DNA of 64,000 bases from the NCBI GenBank assembly GCA_010093605.1, contig MU004193.1, forward strand, positions 467,321-531,320, written 5' to 3'. The position numbers and the translations under genes are program-made. The notes beneath the pieces were generated by a model. The model searched no databases, was not told where the DNA came from, and saw only the letters and a list, made by a program, of their open reading frames with translations. This DNA comes from Lophium mytilinum. Its lineage: Eukaryota. How positions within the stretch are numbered: position 1 is the stretch's first letter; each line of letters starts with the position of its first letter. Below, one piece after another: positions 36,222 through 48,504 of the stretch.

Positions 36222-39200
36222 TCAGCCTATTCGTGTGTTTTCGATCGACCCCTGTTGTTTGTGGATTGGCGGACTCTGATGAGGGCTCTGCCAGAAATCC
36301 AAACTCGCGATAACATCGTTTCCAATTTCGTCCTCGTACGCGTACAGTATCTTGGGATTGGTCAGTATGGCTGCTAAAGATAGAAGGAATATCATAACGT
36401 ACCTCTCTCGTAGAAGAGTGCAACATCCGGATATTCTTGGCCGTCAGAATATGCACGAGAACTCCACTTTCCATGTGCCGGATCTCAATAAAGCTTGGTT
36501 CAAATGCCAAGATATACGGATTGAAAATCGCAAAGGCCTGCGGATTGCCTTCCCATACAATCTTCCAGTCAGGCCTCGCTCGCCATCCATTCCTGTTGAC
36601 GAACAGAGAGAAGTCTGTGTAGCAGAGTAGGAACTCGCTTGCAAGCCTCTCGATGTGGATGGGTTTGATGTTCTCCTTACGAGCGACAAAGTCAAGCGAC
36701 GTGTCGGCTTGATCAAGCAGAGACTGCGTTTCAAGAGTCTCGAGACTGACAACTTCGAAGCCTCGAGCACAACCGACGCACAGCTTCGAGCGCAGGAAAT
36801 GAATCGAGCTGGATTCTGTAGGAATGTAAAATTCCTGGTATAATTAGCGCCAAGTCTAGAAGAGCGGGGAGGTTCTGGTAAGAGGAGAGGGAAGATATCA
36901 TATCAAGGTCGCTCTCAGCTACACTCTCTACCAGAAGCGTCAGGAAATAGGGTGTACTAACCTTGTACGGCTTCAGAACATCTTGGCCGCCAGCCAGCAT
37001 CTTCGCCAAACCAGACTTTTTGGACTTCTTGCCCATGTTATCCATGGGCTCGAATACTTTGATCGTGGTTGATAGCGACGTAGTTTTGACGCAAGCAACA
37101 AGTTGCTGGCCTAAACACACCCCAGCTTTGAAGAAGTTGCAATGACAAATCTTTCTTCCTCGCTTGACCACCGATGCTTGGCTCTCCTCTGGATCTAGCG
37201 CTTCCATGGGGTAGGAGTACAGAGTTTTCTCCGTTAGTACGAGCAAGACCGAGAACTGTTCAAGAACATCAACTTGAGTAACTGATTTGCAATCCAAGAC
37301 CCGCTTTGGTTTGAAAGAGGAGTCCTTTGGCTTTCGATCACAGACGTAGACACCAGAATCAGTTCCTAAAACAAGTTTACGACCACCATCTGCGCACTTG
37401 TTAGCAAACTATATCAAGACATACACCTGATGTTTCCATACCAATCGGAACGCAACATGTGACCCGCATCGCTGGAGTGAAGAAGCCTTCGTTCAAAATC
37501 GTCTTGGTGAAGATGTTGCTTCGGTCTTTGAGATTCTTCTGTTGAGCCTCGATATGCTCCATCCACTTTTGCTGTGAGATCTGGGTACTGCAGAATAGAG
37601 TCAATTCATATCCGCCCTTGCCCAGATGCTTGAAGGTGATTGGATATCCCTGTGCTTTTGCCGCGTCTCCCTTAGGGGTACTCGACGTCATTGACTTCGT
37701 TCCGGGTAATAAGTTTGACGACGGTCTCTTGGTTATGCCCATCTTCGGCATGAGCTCCTCCATCTGTGTAATGACAAGCAGCTCGAGCGGAATAGGCTTC
37801 TTATATACCTTGTGCTCTTCGCGCTTGTTGACTAACTTCACCCTGACAAGGAGAACTGCGTGATCGAAGAGATAGCAAGTAATGTCTCCAGTGCTGTCCG
37901 TCGGGTTCTTCTTTAAGGTTCCTTTGAAGACAAGTTGGCGGTTCTCCTCGGTCAACTTGAGGTCTACATACTCCCCTGGACGGAACTTGAGGTCTCTATT
38001 GAGTTGCATAAGGTTGAAGTGGTTCTCTGCTTTGCCAGATTCCTCGTTCACTTTCGAAAGGATGCCCTTGATCATGGCGACGGCTTTTGGAATATCTTGC
38101 TTATCCGGATTGTCATCCGCGGTGCACTTCAGTATGGCCTCCAGTAGTAGAGGATATCTTGCCAATCGCGTTGTTGGCTTGGTGAGGTATCCATTGAGTT
38201 CCAGCTTTCTTGACTCCCTCATTCTCTCAACCTGATCGACAAACTTGGAGAAGTTCATGTTCGTTCTTTTCTCATGCTCAAACTCGTACTTCCCGAAAAG
38301 TTGGTTCGCGCCGTACTTGATGAAAGGACTAAAGTGAGGCACGTATTCCAGGAAAATATCTCCCACATTGCGGACTACAGGGTTCTGCTGTTGGCGTCGC
38401 GTAAGAGATTCCGCGAGCCTCGAATTGACCATGTAGACTTCTTGACAGTTGGAAAATACAGTCCGAACAAACTTTTCTCGTCGATGTTCTGGGATGGGCG
38501 ATCCAATTGCTTGGCGAAGGGGCTTCATCCAGAAATCGCGGAGGTACTCCAGATCTTTCACGAAGTCCCGCTCAGTGTACATCAGCTCGGAAATCACCTC
38601 CTGGCGCTTCTTCTCCTTGTCGTTGACGCTGTCTGCGACTTCTTTCGATACCGTGTTGATCCAAAGCTTTTGCTCGTCATCTTTGTCGTCGTGCAAGCTC
38701 GTACGTGACTCTTCCCGTTTAAGGCCTGGCTGCGGCTTCATATTCAGTCTAGCCTGCTGTTCCAGTCGACGAGGGCAAGCAATTGAGTAGCAAAGTCGGT
38801 GGCTGGTGCATGTTGGCGAGTAACATTCGGTGAGAAGAGTAAATACGCCGTTGACCTCCGTGGTATCTTCGAGCAGAGTTTCCCGGAACTGGTATACCTC
38901 GTTGTTGGAATCTCGTAGTCTGTGGGCATACGTGACATCATGAAAGAACTTTTGCGCGTCCAAGGACCTGCCTAGTAGCAGCGCCAGATTACGATCTGTT
39001 GTCTTGATGATGAACGATATGAGGTCTACAGCTTCTGCTCCCGTGAAAGCACTCTTGTAGACAAGGCCATCCTTCTCCTTTTCGTAGAGGCCGATGCGGT
39101 CTCTGAATATTTCAGCCACGCGAGACAACAGCGCAGGATACACCAAGGGGGCTCGCTTCTGAGCGACCATCATAGCTTGCTGCTGCATTGCTGCACTTGG

Positions 39201-40310
39201 TGTTCTCGAAGCGGTCGAGGGGCTTGGCCTCAGGGTCATGGAATCGCTTCGTTCCGAAGGTGACGGTACAATGGTAGAGGCCATCGACATGGTTCGGCCA
39301 GAAAAACTACCTTGGCTCGTACTCCTAGTCTTGCTTCCAGGGCCAACATTGATTGGAGGAGGAGAACCAGCTGGAACTTTATCTATGGCAGAGCCATCTT
39401 GCCCCCCCGATTCTCTTCGCCGGTTGGGTATAATGCGCCCGCTCATCGTTTGAGCGTACTCGCTATCTCGAGCATATGAAGACATGGACATGGTACGTTC
39501 GTCAGGACGTTCAGGCACAACTCGCCCCTGCGCGGTTGTCCTCGCAAGATGGTTCATGTAGGGTTGCTGTCGGAAAGCCTGAGCTGAATTAGTAACTCTT
39601 GCCGTCGAAGAATTCTGGATACGCGATGCTGAACCCACCGGGCTTTCGTAGCCTCTCCCACTGGGAGCGTGAAATTGAGGACGCGACCCCACGGCCATGG
39701 ACTGCGATCGATACTGATCAGAGTTCAAAGCAGGGGCAGATGGGGGTGGTATGCCACCGCTAGGGTATCGGTTAGGAATTGGCTTGTTGAATGGCGGCGC
39801 TCCCGGAGGTGCCATGCGCGAGTCTAGTCGCTGAGGCTGTCCATAGGGCTGACGCTCTGGACGTAAAGGCTGTGGGAGATATTGCGGCTGGGGCTGGCGC
39901 TGCTGTGCGGGAATTCCGGCACCATCCGAGTGTCGCTGTGGTGGGGGGCCATAGCCATTCATGGAGGGCCGGCTCTCGTGATCTGGGGGCGGTTGGTTAT
40001 ATTGACCGGGTGGATTGGGATATCCGTACTGAGGCCGCTGGTCGTAGCCATTTGGCGGTTGCCGTGGCGGATTGCCGTTCATGGGCTGTCTGATGGGTGG
40101 TGCTCTTCCCATCATGTCGCTGGACATGGTCTGGGCCCGGTCGACAGGCCGCATGGGCGGCTGGGAAGTCATAGTCTGGGACCGCCCTGGAGGCGGAGGC
40201 CCGAATATATCGTTGAAGACTCTGTCCCTCGCGGGGCCTGGCGTCTGGCCGCCATAATTCCCCGGAGGTCGTGCATATTCCCTCCCCTGCTGGGTGCCGT
40301 AGTCCGCCAT
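36222..40310 (-). CDS. ROM2: Rho1 guanine-nucleotide exchange factor (DEP-DH-PH-CNH)
   Basis: DEP domain (AFTGAEAVDLI...RNLALLLGRSLDAQKFFHDVTY), DH domain (KRQEVISELMYTERDFVKDL...YLTKPTTRLARYPLLL), PH domain and CNH exons to ...VIASLDFW; stop at 36222. Confidence 0.95.
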
Positions 40311-40968
40311 ACAGACTGATGCTCTCAGTACAGCGGCAGAAGGGCAACCCGCATCCGCTCAATTCGCTGCTGGGTAGGTGGGTACGTTGCTTTGGGGGTG
40401 GGGCGTGAGTTCGCGGGGACCGAGGATAGGTGGTGGAGGTCACAATCGCTCCACACGGCCGTCAACAGCCGCTGGACGTGGTGACTGTGGGGGTATGTGC
40501 CTGGGAGGAATCGAACAGGTTGCTGAGCAGGGCGTAGGTTTCAGAAGATAGATAGGTCGGAGTAGTGAAGATGGAGGAGTGGGTTGGGTGCGGAGAGCGG
40601 CCAGCCCAGCGAGAGGGTCGGGCGGCGCAGGGACTTCGGGTTTGTCGCTTCGGGAGGGTGGGTAGAATGCGATAGGATCTGGGAGGTAGGGCGTGCTGTC
40701 GGAGCGGATACTGAGGTGGAATGGGAGTTTGCGCGGGTCGGAGGGCAGCCAGGTGGAGAATCAGACAGTTGGGACCTCAAGTGCTGTGAGTCCAGTCTGC
40801 GAATGGCTAGAATTGGGCCCGCGCTAACCCCGGCCCGCATCTTCTGTCCAGACGTCGTCGCCCATCACAGCTCATCCATCACACACTGCCTTCACGCTCC
40901 GGGCATCCTTCAACGTCAGTTTGTACCAAATAGCCAGCCACCGCGCTCCTCACCCCCAGAAAGTCGCC

Positions 40969-41756
40969 ATGGAGAATGAATATGCCCCAAAGTTCGCGCC
41001 GTTCTTCGGCATGGTGAGCTCCCATTGTCAACTATACACAATAGCTCTAGCTAACAGCTCCGCAGGGTGGTGTTGCGTTTGCTGTAGGTCTTCGATCCCT
41101 ATTGAAATCCCAGAATGCTCACGCAGTGCTTGCTAGATGATCTTTGGATGTTCGTCACCACCACCGTCCTCTGCAAACAGCAACACTGACCAGCTATCTC
41201 AGGCGCTGGAGCTGCATATGGAACGGCGAAGTCAGGGATGGGCATTGCGGGTGTGGGTGTTTACAGGCCCGACCTGATAATGAAGGTAGCAGCCCCACTG
41301 CTCCGTGAATGACCTGCCACTGACTTATCTCGAAGTCCCTCATCCCTGTCGTCATGTCCGGTATCCTCGCAGTCTACGCTCTAGTGATATCGGTCCTCAT
41401 CGCGAACGACCTGAAGCCGCCCCCGAAAACTTACAGCCTGTTCGCCGGGTTCATGCATCTGTCGGCGGGGCTGTCGGTCGGCCTGACTGGCATGGCGGCA
41501 GGGTACGCTATTGGCATTGTGGGAGACACGGTCCGTTGTCACCTCGCGAGCTGATAGACGGCTTGCTAATACTGTTAGGGCGTGCGAGCGTTTATGCGAC
41601 AGTCGAGGATTTTCGTGGGCATGGTGCTGATTCTGATTTTCGCCGAGGTCTTGGGTCTTTACGGGTAGGTCACGGAAACTCTTCGATGGTCGGACGAGAC
41701 TGACAAGCTGTAGACTGATTGTAGCACTCATCCTCAACACACGCAGCTCAGGCTGA
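40969..41756 (+). CDS. VMA11: V-ATPase V0 proteolipid subunit c'
   Basis: [67 protein letters not shown]...|[36 protein letters not shown]; 7 exons including 18- and 13-nt micro-exons. Confidence 0.9.
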
Positions 41757-42902
41757 AGGAGCGAGCGGAGCTGTAAGATTGGTCTCGAGTTCGACTGTAT
41801 ATTAGAGGAGTCTGGGATGGCGATGCGGTTTGGGCTGCATATCAGTATAGGCAACTGCCAGCAACATGAACGAAGTAACTTGGAAACAAGCAGGCCTGGT
41901 GAAGCCCATATCCACAGTGCCTGTTGATATGCTGTGGATACTTGCTTGGACTGCATAAATGGAATAATTGCATACCTTTTCATGGTTGAGGCAAGTGTTG
42001 AATGCTATTTTGAATGATAAGGGAGGTCGTCTGAGGCCTAGACATCTATATAAAGACCATCAATCCGACCAATGATCTGACTGTAATATCTACAACACAT
42101 GCATACCCAATATAGACGAATCATGGAAACATTAGATATATTTTTGGTGTTCCATTCCAGCAACAGTAACACGGCTCCGTAAAGGTTTCGCTCTTACACT
42201 CGGACAAGACTACTACATACCAGCTCCCACACCTGTCGCCTATCAGAGACTCACGGATTGATCACGGACTAGATGGTGGCGGTGCTAGACTATGGGTAAT
42301 GTAGCTGCGACAAGCATCAGAAGACGGACATGGATCTACGGGCTTCACCCCACGCCGGAGTTCTGCAAAGAAGTGAAGGCTGAGGGTGAATGACTAGGTT
42401 TATACTAGTTAAGGCGTTTAGTAGAGTCTATTCACCGCATGCTGGACAGGTCGAGAGTCCTTGAGGCCTCATTCCTATACAGCTCTGCATATCACGTGAG
42501 CGATATACCGACCACCTCTCCAACACGTCCCTATCCTCGACCGGTTCGAGGCCGGTTCGGGCAATGCCGAGAGTGAATGCATGAACGCCTCATCCTCTTC
42601 AGGGCTCCCGCGCCGTCAGCCCCAAGCGTCACCGGCGCCCAACCGGCCTGCAACCCCGCTGACCTCGCTCTCGCTCTGCGAGCCACTCCCGGTGTGCAAG
42701 TAGTGTTCGACGTCTGACGTTCCCGTCTTCCAGGCCCTTTCCCAACCACAGATGCCCGGGACCTGATCCACGGTTGAATGCGACTTCAGTTGCGCGCGCA
42801 GGTCTCTCCCACACGCCGCCGACCGGCGGAAGCCATGACCTAGCCGCAAGGCAATTGCACTCCGCCAGTCGTTCTTCAGCTGCTCCTGCTCTGCTGCCCG
42901 CC

Positions 42903-44466
42903 ATGGCTTCGGCCGTTGTCCACAAGCTGCTCCACCATGCGCGCTCGCATTCCGAGGACCACCGCGACGAGTCGCCCCAGCCCGATCCGCAGGAACTGGA
43001 CGCCATGGAGCGCGTTCGCGACGACGAGAAGCGCATGCTCGCCCAGTGGGAGGACACCAAGCGCCCCCTGAGCCCGAGCCAGGTGCACATGGACGCCAGC
43101 CGCAAGATAGTCGGACATTCGTCGCGAGTCCTGCGCCAGCAAGACTTCGAGCTCATCAAGACGCTGGGAACCGGTAGGGCGCGCCCCGGCTGCTTGGAGA
43201 CTCCCGTTGCTGACAGGAACCGCGATGCGCAGGCACTTTTGCGCGAGTATGGCTCGTAAGCCTCACGAACCCCAAGGACGGCGCTGCAAACAAAGTCTTT
43301 GCATTGAAGATTCTGCGCAAAGTCGACGGTACGTAGTCGATCGCTGCGTCGCGGCAACCTGCAGCCCGCTGACCCGCGTCTTCTGCCAGTCATTCGACTG
43401 AAACAGGTCGAACATGTCCGCAACGAACGAAATGTGCTTGCTAGAGTTGCAGGACATCCCTTCATCACGACTATGGTGGCCAGCTTCCAGGACCATGATT
43501 CTCTCTACATGCTGGTGAGCGATTCGCAGCATCTCGACTACTGCGATAGCAATTGCTGACACTCTGTGCTAAACAGCTCGACTATTGCCCTGGAGGCGAA
43601 GTCTTTAGCTACCTTCGAAGAGCTCGACGATTCAACGAGCCAACGTCCCAATTCTACGCCGCCGAGATCGTTCTCATTCTAGAATTCTTGCACGAGAGTG
43701 AAGGAGTCGCATACCGGGATTTGAAACCAGAGAATATATTGATAGACGCCCAGGGGCATTTGAAACTCGTAGATTTTGGGTTTGCGAAGAAGGTGGACAA
43801 CAGTACGTGTTCGTGGCTGCATTTGCTACGTTCAAGGCTTATCATTCGCAGGGGAAACATACACACTGTGTGGAACGCCAGAGTATCTCGCGCCGGAAGT
43901 CATAAGAAACACTGGTATGTTGTTGCTATCGCGCAATTGAGACCGTAAGTACTGATTGGCTCCAGGACATGGCTGCGCGGTCGACTGGTGGGCGTTTGGC
44001 ATTCTGGTCTACGAATTTTTAGTCGGACAGCCACCATTCTGGGACCAGAACCCCATGAAGATTTACGAACAGTAAGCCCCCAACTCCCCCGTCTCATTGC
44101 AGCGCAGATCTCCCCATGTACTTCCCAACTCACACCCCCCGCAGAATCGTAGAAGGCCGCGTGCGCTACCCCTCCGCCATGTCCCCCGACGCGCGCGACC
44201 TCATCGCCGGCCTCTGCACCGTCGACACCTCGAAACGGCTCGGCAACATCAAAGGCGGCGCCAGCGCTGTAAAAGAACACCCCTGGTTCCGCAACATCGA
44301 CTGGGACGCGCTCTACCACCGCCGCGTCCAAGGGCCCATCGTGCCGCACCTGCGCGGGCCCGCCGACACGCGCAACTTCGACGAATACGAGCCAGAGCCG
44401 GAGGGGCGGGAGGAATACTCGGCCGACATGCGCGATAGATGGGAAGAGAGTTTCAAAGATTTCTAG
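42903..44466 (+). CDS. pkaB: cAMP-dependent protein kinase catalytic subunit (second, PkaB-like isoform)
   Basis: [58 protein letters not shown] and the C-terminal FKDF* hydrophobic motif; multi-exon. Isoform assignment is by eye. Confidence 0.88.
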
Positions 44467-44968
44467 AGTGGCATAAAGGCTTTTGGATCGCGGGCCCTTG
44501 GATATTCGTTATTGCGTCTTTAAGAAGAAGGGATGATGGGTTTTTACGAGAGGATGGGGGTTTTCTTCATCGCTACCTAGCTTCGGCGCACTTGAGGGTT
44601 GGGGGTGGTTATAACGCGCGATGGCTGTGAATGGCATTACGATACCTGGATGTACAGTTCATATTGAATAGGGCTTCTGAGATTGTATATTAGTACTTTG
44701 CATTTTTTCAGTTTGTACCGGTTTACGATGGAGTGCTGAGGTGCGGTCGTGTGTACGCCTGTCTTCCACTGCTTACCGTGCCTCAACAACTTTCCTAGAG
44801 CCCATAGATATGGGTCTCTATCTTATTCATATGTCCATAAATGCATTGAAGTACCACAAATGACGGCAGACAGGTGTATTAAGCGCAGTGTCATCATATC
44901 AAGTCAGAGAGATGGCATAATCGAAGAACAGAGATCAGATTCAGCAACAAAATCTAGTATACAAGTTC

Positions 44969-45340
44969 AAGCTCTCCATCAGTGTACGACAGTCCCCAGG
45001 AGCACCGATTGGGCGCTGTGAGAGACTGAACCTTTACGTACACTTGTAGAGAATAGAAGTAGACCATCCAGCGCCTTCGCAAATAGAACCAAGCTCTCCA
45101 TCAGTATACGACAGTCCTCAGGAAGCACCGATTGGGCGCTGTGAGAGACTGAACCTTTACGTACACTTGTAGAGAAAAGAAGGGATATCATCCAGCGCCT
45201 TCGCAAATAGGCCAAAGCCGTCCATCAGTATACGACAGTCTCCAGGGAGCACCGATGAGATGCTGTAAGAGACCGAACCTTTACGTACACTTGCAGAGAA
45301 AAGAAGAAAACCATCCAGCGCCATCGCAAAAAGAACAAAG
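44969..45340. repeat. Tandem repeat, 3 x ~123 bp, immediately 3' of the coiled-coil gene
   Basis: Units start at 44969, 45091 and 45215 (…CCATCAGTRTACGACAGTC…AGCACCGAT…GAACCTTTACGTACACTTG…CATCCAGCGCC…). Confidence 0.92.
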
Positions 45341-45358
45341 AACAAAGAACAAAGGAAA

Positions 45359-47191
45359 TCAGTAGTAGAAATTCTGATCGATACCGGCCCAATTCTCCGC
45401 GCTCTGGATCACCATGGCACCGAAGCGCGCCAGGTTCTCGCCGAAAGCGGACTCGCCGACGCCGTAGCTGAGGGGAATGAGGCCGAGGAAGTGGCGTCCG
45501 CTGCCGAAGGCACCGTTGCGACCGCTGAGGGAAGGCGTGTTGCTGGATTCCCACTCCTTCAGAGAGCGGTAGAGGTAGAGGCAGAGCAGAGAGAGGAAGA
45601 GGGAGAGCCACTGGTAGATGTGCAGGTGGCTGGTGGAGGGCTTGGGAGATCCGGTGAGGATCGTGAATGGGGCTGGCGCATCGGTCGGAGCCTCGTCGAC
45701 GGTAGGCTCGATCTCTGCCTGCTCGATCTCGGCCTGCTGGAGCTGAGGAGCGGTGGATTCGACGGGAGGAATGTCAATCCCTCGGATCTCGCTCATGGAG
45801 AAGGTAGGAGCATCGGTCTGAGCCTCGTTGACGGTAGGCTCGGTCTCTGCCTGCTGGAGCTGAGAAGCTGCAGGTTCGACGGGAGCAATGCTAATCGCTT
45901 GGATTTCGCTCATGGAGAAGACAGGGGCCGGGGCGGTGACAGGAGGAGTGTCAAGCTGTTGAATCTCGCTGAAGTAGAGGACAGCAGCCGGGGCGATGAC
46001 GGGAGAGGTGTGGACGCTCTTGATGGGGCTGAACGTGAGGATTGGGGCTTGGGCTGCGATGGGTGGTTGGTCGTAAATGGTCTTGAAGACAACCTCGAAC
46101 TGCTCGGGCTCTTCGTCATCCAAAGACTCGCCGGTGTCATTGAGCTCATCTTCTAATGATCCTTGAGTCGTAGAACCAGTAGTAGCGACGTTAGTACCCA
46201 TAGCCTTCTCGAGCTGAGCGTGCAATTCGCGGATCCGTTCGTCCTTGGTGGCGAGTTCGCGGTCTTTCGCCTCAAGCTCATCGTCCTTTGCCTTCAAGCT
46301 GCTGTCCAGGGATTTGCCTGGAGTCATGGCTTTCTGGAGATCGTTCTCGAGGCGTAAGATCAAGGCATCCTTGACAGAGATGATGGGGTCCTTGCCTTCC
46401 AGATCCTGCTTCAGTTGCTTGACATCGCCCTCCAGCTCGGCGATCATGGCGTTGGCGTTGGGAAGTTCGTCAGCTGAAGCCTGCAGAGTTTCCATCGTGG
46501 TCTTCAACTCCTTATTTTCGGTCTCAAGGCTGTCGTGCTTCTGTTCAAGGTCGTCCCAATCTGTCTCCCATTGGATGATGGCATCGTCCTTGAAGGTGAT
46601 GGCTTCCTCAAGTTTGGCAATGTCGGCATTCAGGTTGGCGATGGAGTCGATTGCGTCAGCACATTCAGCGCTTTTGTTGCCAAGTTCCTGGGTTTTGCGC
46701 TCAAATTCCTCCTCAAGCGTGGAGATATGGGCGTAAAGCGTCTCATTCTCGGTGGTTTTGGAGCCGATTTCGAGGGCTTGATCGTGGACATTGTTCTTCA
46801 ACTCGGCGATCTGAGCGTCTCTCTCCCTGATAGTGGCAAGAGCGTCCTTCTTCTGGTCCTGCAGTGGCTGATTCTCGCTCTCCAGGTACTTCACATGCGC
46901 TTCTAGGTTGGAGATCTCGACCTTTTGACGTGCAACCTCATCCTCCATCTCAGAGGCTTCTTCTTGTGCGGCCTTTAGTTCCTCCTGGGCTGCCTCAAGT
47001 CTGGTTTGCGCCGCTTTACCCTCTTGATAGTAGAGATTGAGGGTGTTTTGGAGGTTTGAAGTTAAGGATTTCTCACTAGAGAGCTGTCGCTTGGTGTCTT
47101 CCAGCTCGCTTTCAGAAAGTCTGATGTTCGAGTCGACGTTGAACGTGAACAAGGGCGCGCCAGCGCGCCGGGGTTGGCTAGCTCCCGACAT
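45359..47191 (-). CDS. Coiled-coil protein with internal F/L-x-F/M-S-x-I...P-V repeats and a C-terminal transmembrane helix
   Basis: Intact, intronless 610-aa ORF with ~300 aa of heptad-rich acidic coiled coil; repeats PILTFSPIKSVHTSPV, AVLYFSEIQQLDTPPV, PVFSMSEIQAISIAPV and PTFSMSEIRGIDIPPV; TM segment IYQWLSLFLSLLCLYLY. Confidence 0.85.
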   Translation of the reverse strand: MSGASQPRRAGAPLFTFNVDSNIRLSESELEDTKRQLSSEKSLTSNLQNTLNLYYQEGKAAQTRLEAAQEELKAAQEEASEMEDEVARQKVEISNLEAHVKYLESENQPLQDQKKDALATIRERDAQIAELKNNVHDQALEIGSKTTENETLYAHISTLEEEFERKTQELGNKSAECADAIDSIANLNADIAKLEEAITFKDDAIIQWETDWDDLEQKHDSLETENKELKTTMETLQASADELPNANAMIAELEGDVKQLKQDLEGKDPIISVKDALILRLENDLQKAMTPGKSLDSSLKAKDDELEAKDRELATKDERIRELHAQLEKAMGTNVATTGSTTQGSLEDELNDTGESLDDEEPEQFEVVFKTIYDQPPIAAQAPILTFSPIKSVHTSPVIAPAAVLYFSEIQQLDTPPVTAPAPVFSMSEIQAISIAPVEPAASQLQQAETEPTVNEAQTDAPTFSMSEIRGIDIPPVESTAPQLQQAEIEQAEIEPTVDEAPTDAPAPFTILTGSPKPSTSHLHIYQWLSLFLSLLCLYLYRSLKEWESSNTPSLSGRNGAFGSGRHFLGLIPLSYGVGESAFGENLARFGAMVIQSAENWAGIDQNFYY

Positions 47192-47439
47192 TGTGGAGCA
47201 CGTGACAAAGTGCCAAGAAGTCTAAAAAAATGCAAAATTTTACAAACAAGTTTAGCGATGCTGGTGATTGAAGAAGAAAAGAAACTTCAAATCAAGAGCG
47301 GGAGGTGTAGATATATACTCCACAGCCTACACAGAACAATAGCTATTCAACACAATAGGATTCATCACTCACCACAATAGCTATTGTCCGGCTGCACAGA
47401 CCCTCCGAAGTAATCCCGAACAGCCGCACGATCCGCATC

Positions 47440-48375
47440 ACGTGATAACCTTCACCGCCCGCATTTGACGTCTCATAACAAAGCTCGATGAACACCAAGT
47501 GGCGGTCTGCCTGATGCCGTCTGAGGTGGCCCGAAGGGCTCTTAGGCGCATGCAAATTCCCCTTTTCCGATTCATGATGATACACTAGGGGCCCTCAAAC
47601 GGTGACAACTAGGTGTATATGAAGTCGTTCTACAGCTGCGATATTAGAGACGTTACAGAATGAGTTGCAGAGTCTCATGTAATTTACACCGCCCTGATTT
47701 GATGTCTTATAACAGGGCTTATTGTATAGTATTTGGCGGTCTGCCTGACGCCGTCTGAGGTGGTCCAAAGAGCTCTTAGGCGTATGCAAATCCCCCTTTT
47801 CTAATTCACCATAATATGCCAGGAGCCCTCAGACGGAGATGGCCAAGTGTTCATAAAGTAGTTCTATATTTGCAATATAAGAGATGTTCCAGAGTTCATC
47901 GCATAGTCACGTGTTAATAGACACTACCCTAATCGGACGTCTCATACCGGGCTTTGTTGAACAGCTAGTGGCGGTCTGTTTGACGCCGTCTGAGGTAGCC
48001 TGAAGAGCTCTTAGGCGTATCCAAATCTTCCTTTTCTAATTCACTATAATACAACAGGGGTCCTCAGACGGTGACAGCTAAGTGTATACAAAGTAGTTCT
48101 ATATCCGCAATATAAGAGATGTAATAGAATTGTTTATAGATCCATATGTTGATATACACCATCCCTCCGATTGGCGCTTGTTGGTTCAAAATTGGCAGTG
48201 TACTCTGACGCCGTCTGAGGTGGCCCGAAGTACTCTTAGTCGTATCCAAATCACCCTTTTCTAATTTAAAAATGATGTACCAGGGGCCCTTAAACGGTGC
48301 TAGTCAAGCTTATACAGCCTAGATCCCTTTCTACGATATTGGAGACGTTGAATTTATGAAAATAATCACCGAGTG
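47440..48375. repeat. Tandem array of a ~234-bp unit (family A), 4 copies
   Basis: Core GCCGTCTGAGGT(G/A)G at 47516, 47750, 47985 and 48210, followed by CTCTTAG…CAAAT…CCTTTTC in each unit. Confidence 0.92.
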
Positions 48376-48504
48376 TTGAAATTCGGGTGGTTGGGCCCCA
48401 GCCCCCTATTTACCAGCCACCTTGACCGGTGTATATCGCTAGCCGCTGTGCCGTCCTCACCATGAAACTTCTTAACAAGCTTCACTCCCTCCCTGAAAAT
48501 TGAC

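Noticed and set aside
22351..44466. Apparent functional cluster of vacuole/polarity genes (PQ-loop, CDC11, HSV2, ROM2, VMA11, PKA)
   Set aside because: These are ordinary housekeeping neighbours; there is no evidence of co-regulation beyond two head-to-head pairs.
47343..48249. Minus-strand ORFs with HLRRH/HLRRR motifs suggesting C2H2 zinc fingers
   Set aside because: No CxxC partner or correct spacing; the similarity is only the DNA repeat.
47440..48375. CRISPR-like repeat/spacer reading of the family-A array
   Set aside because: Similarity extends across whole units, so there are no unique spacers; the genome is eukaryotic and has no cas genes here.
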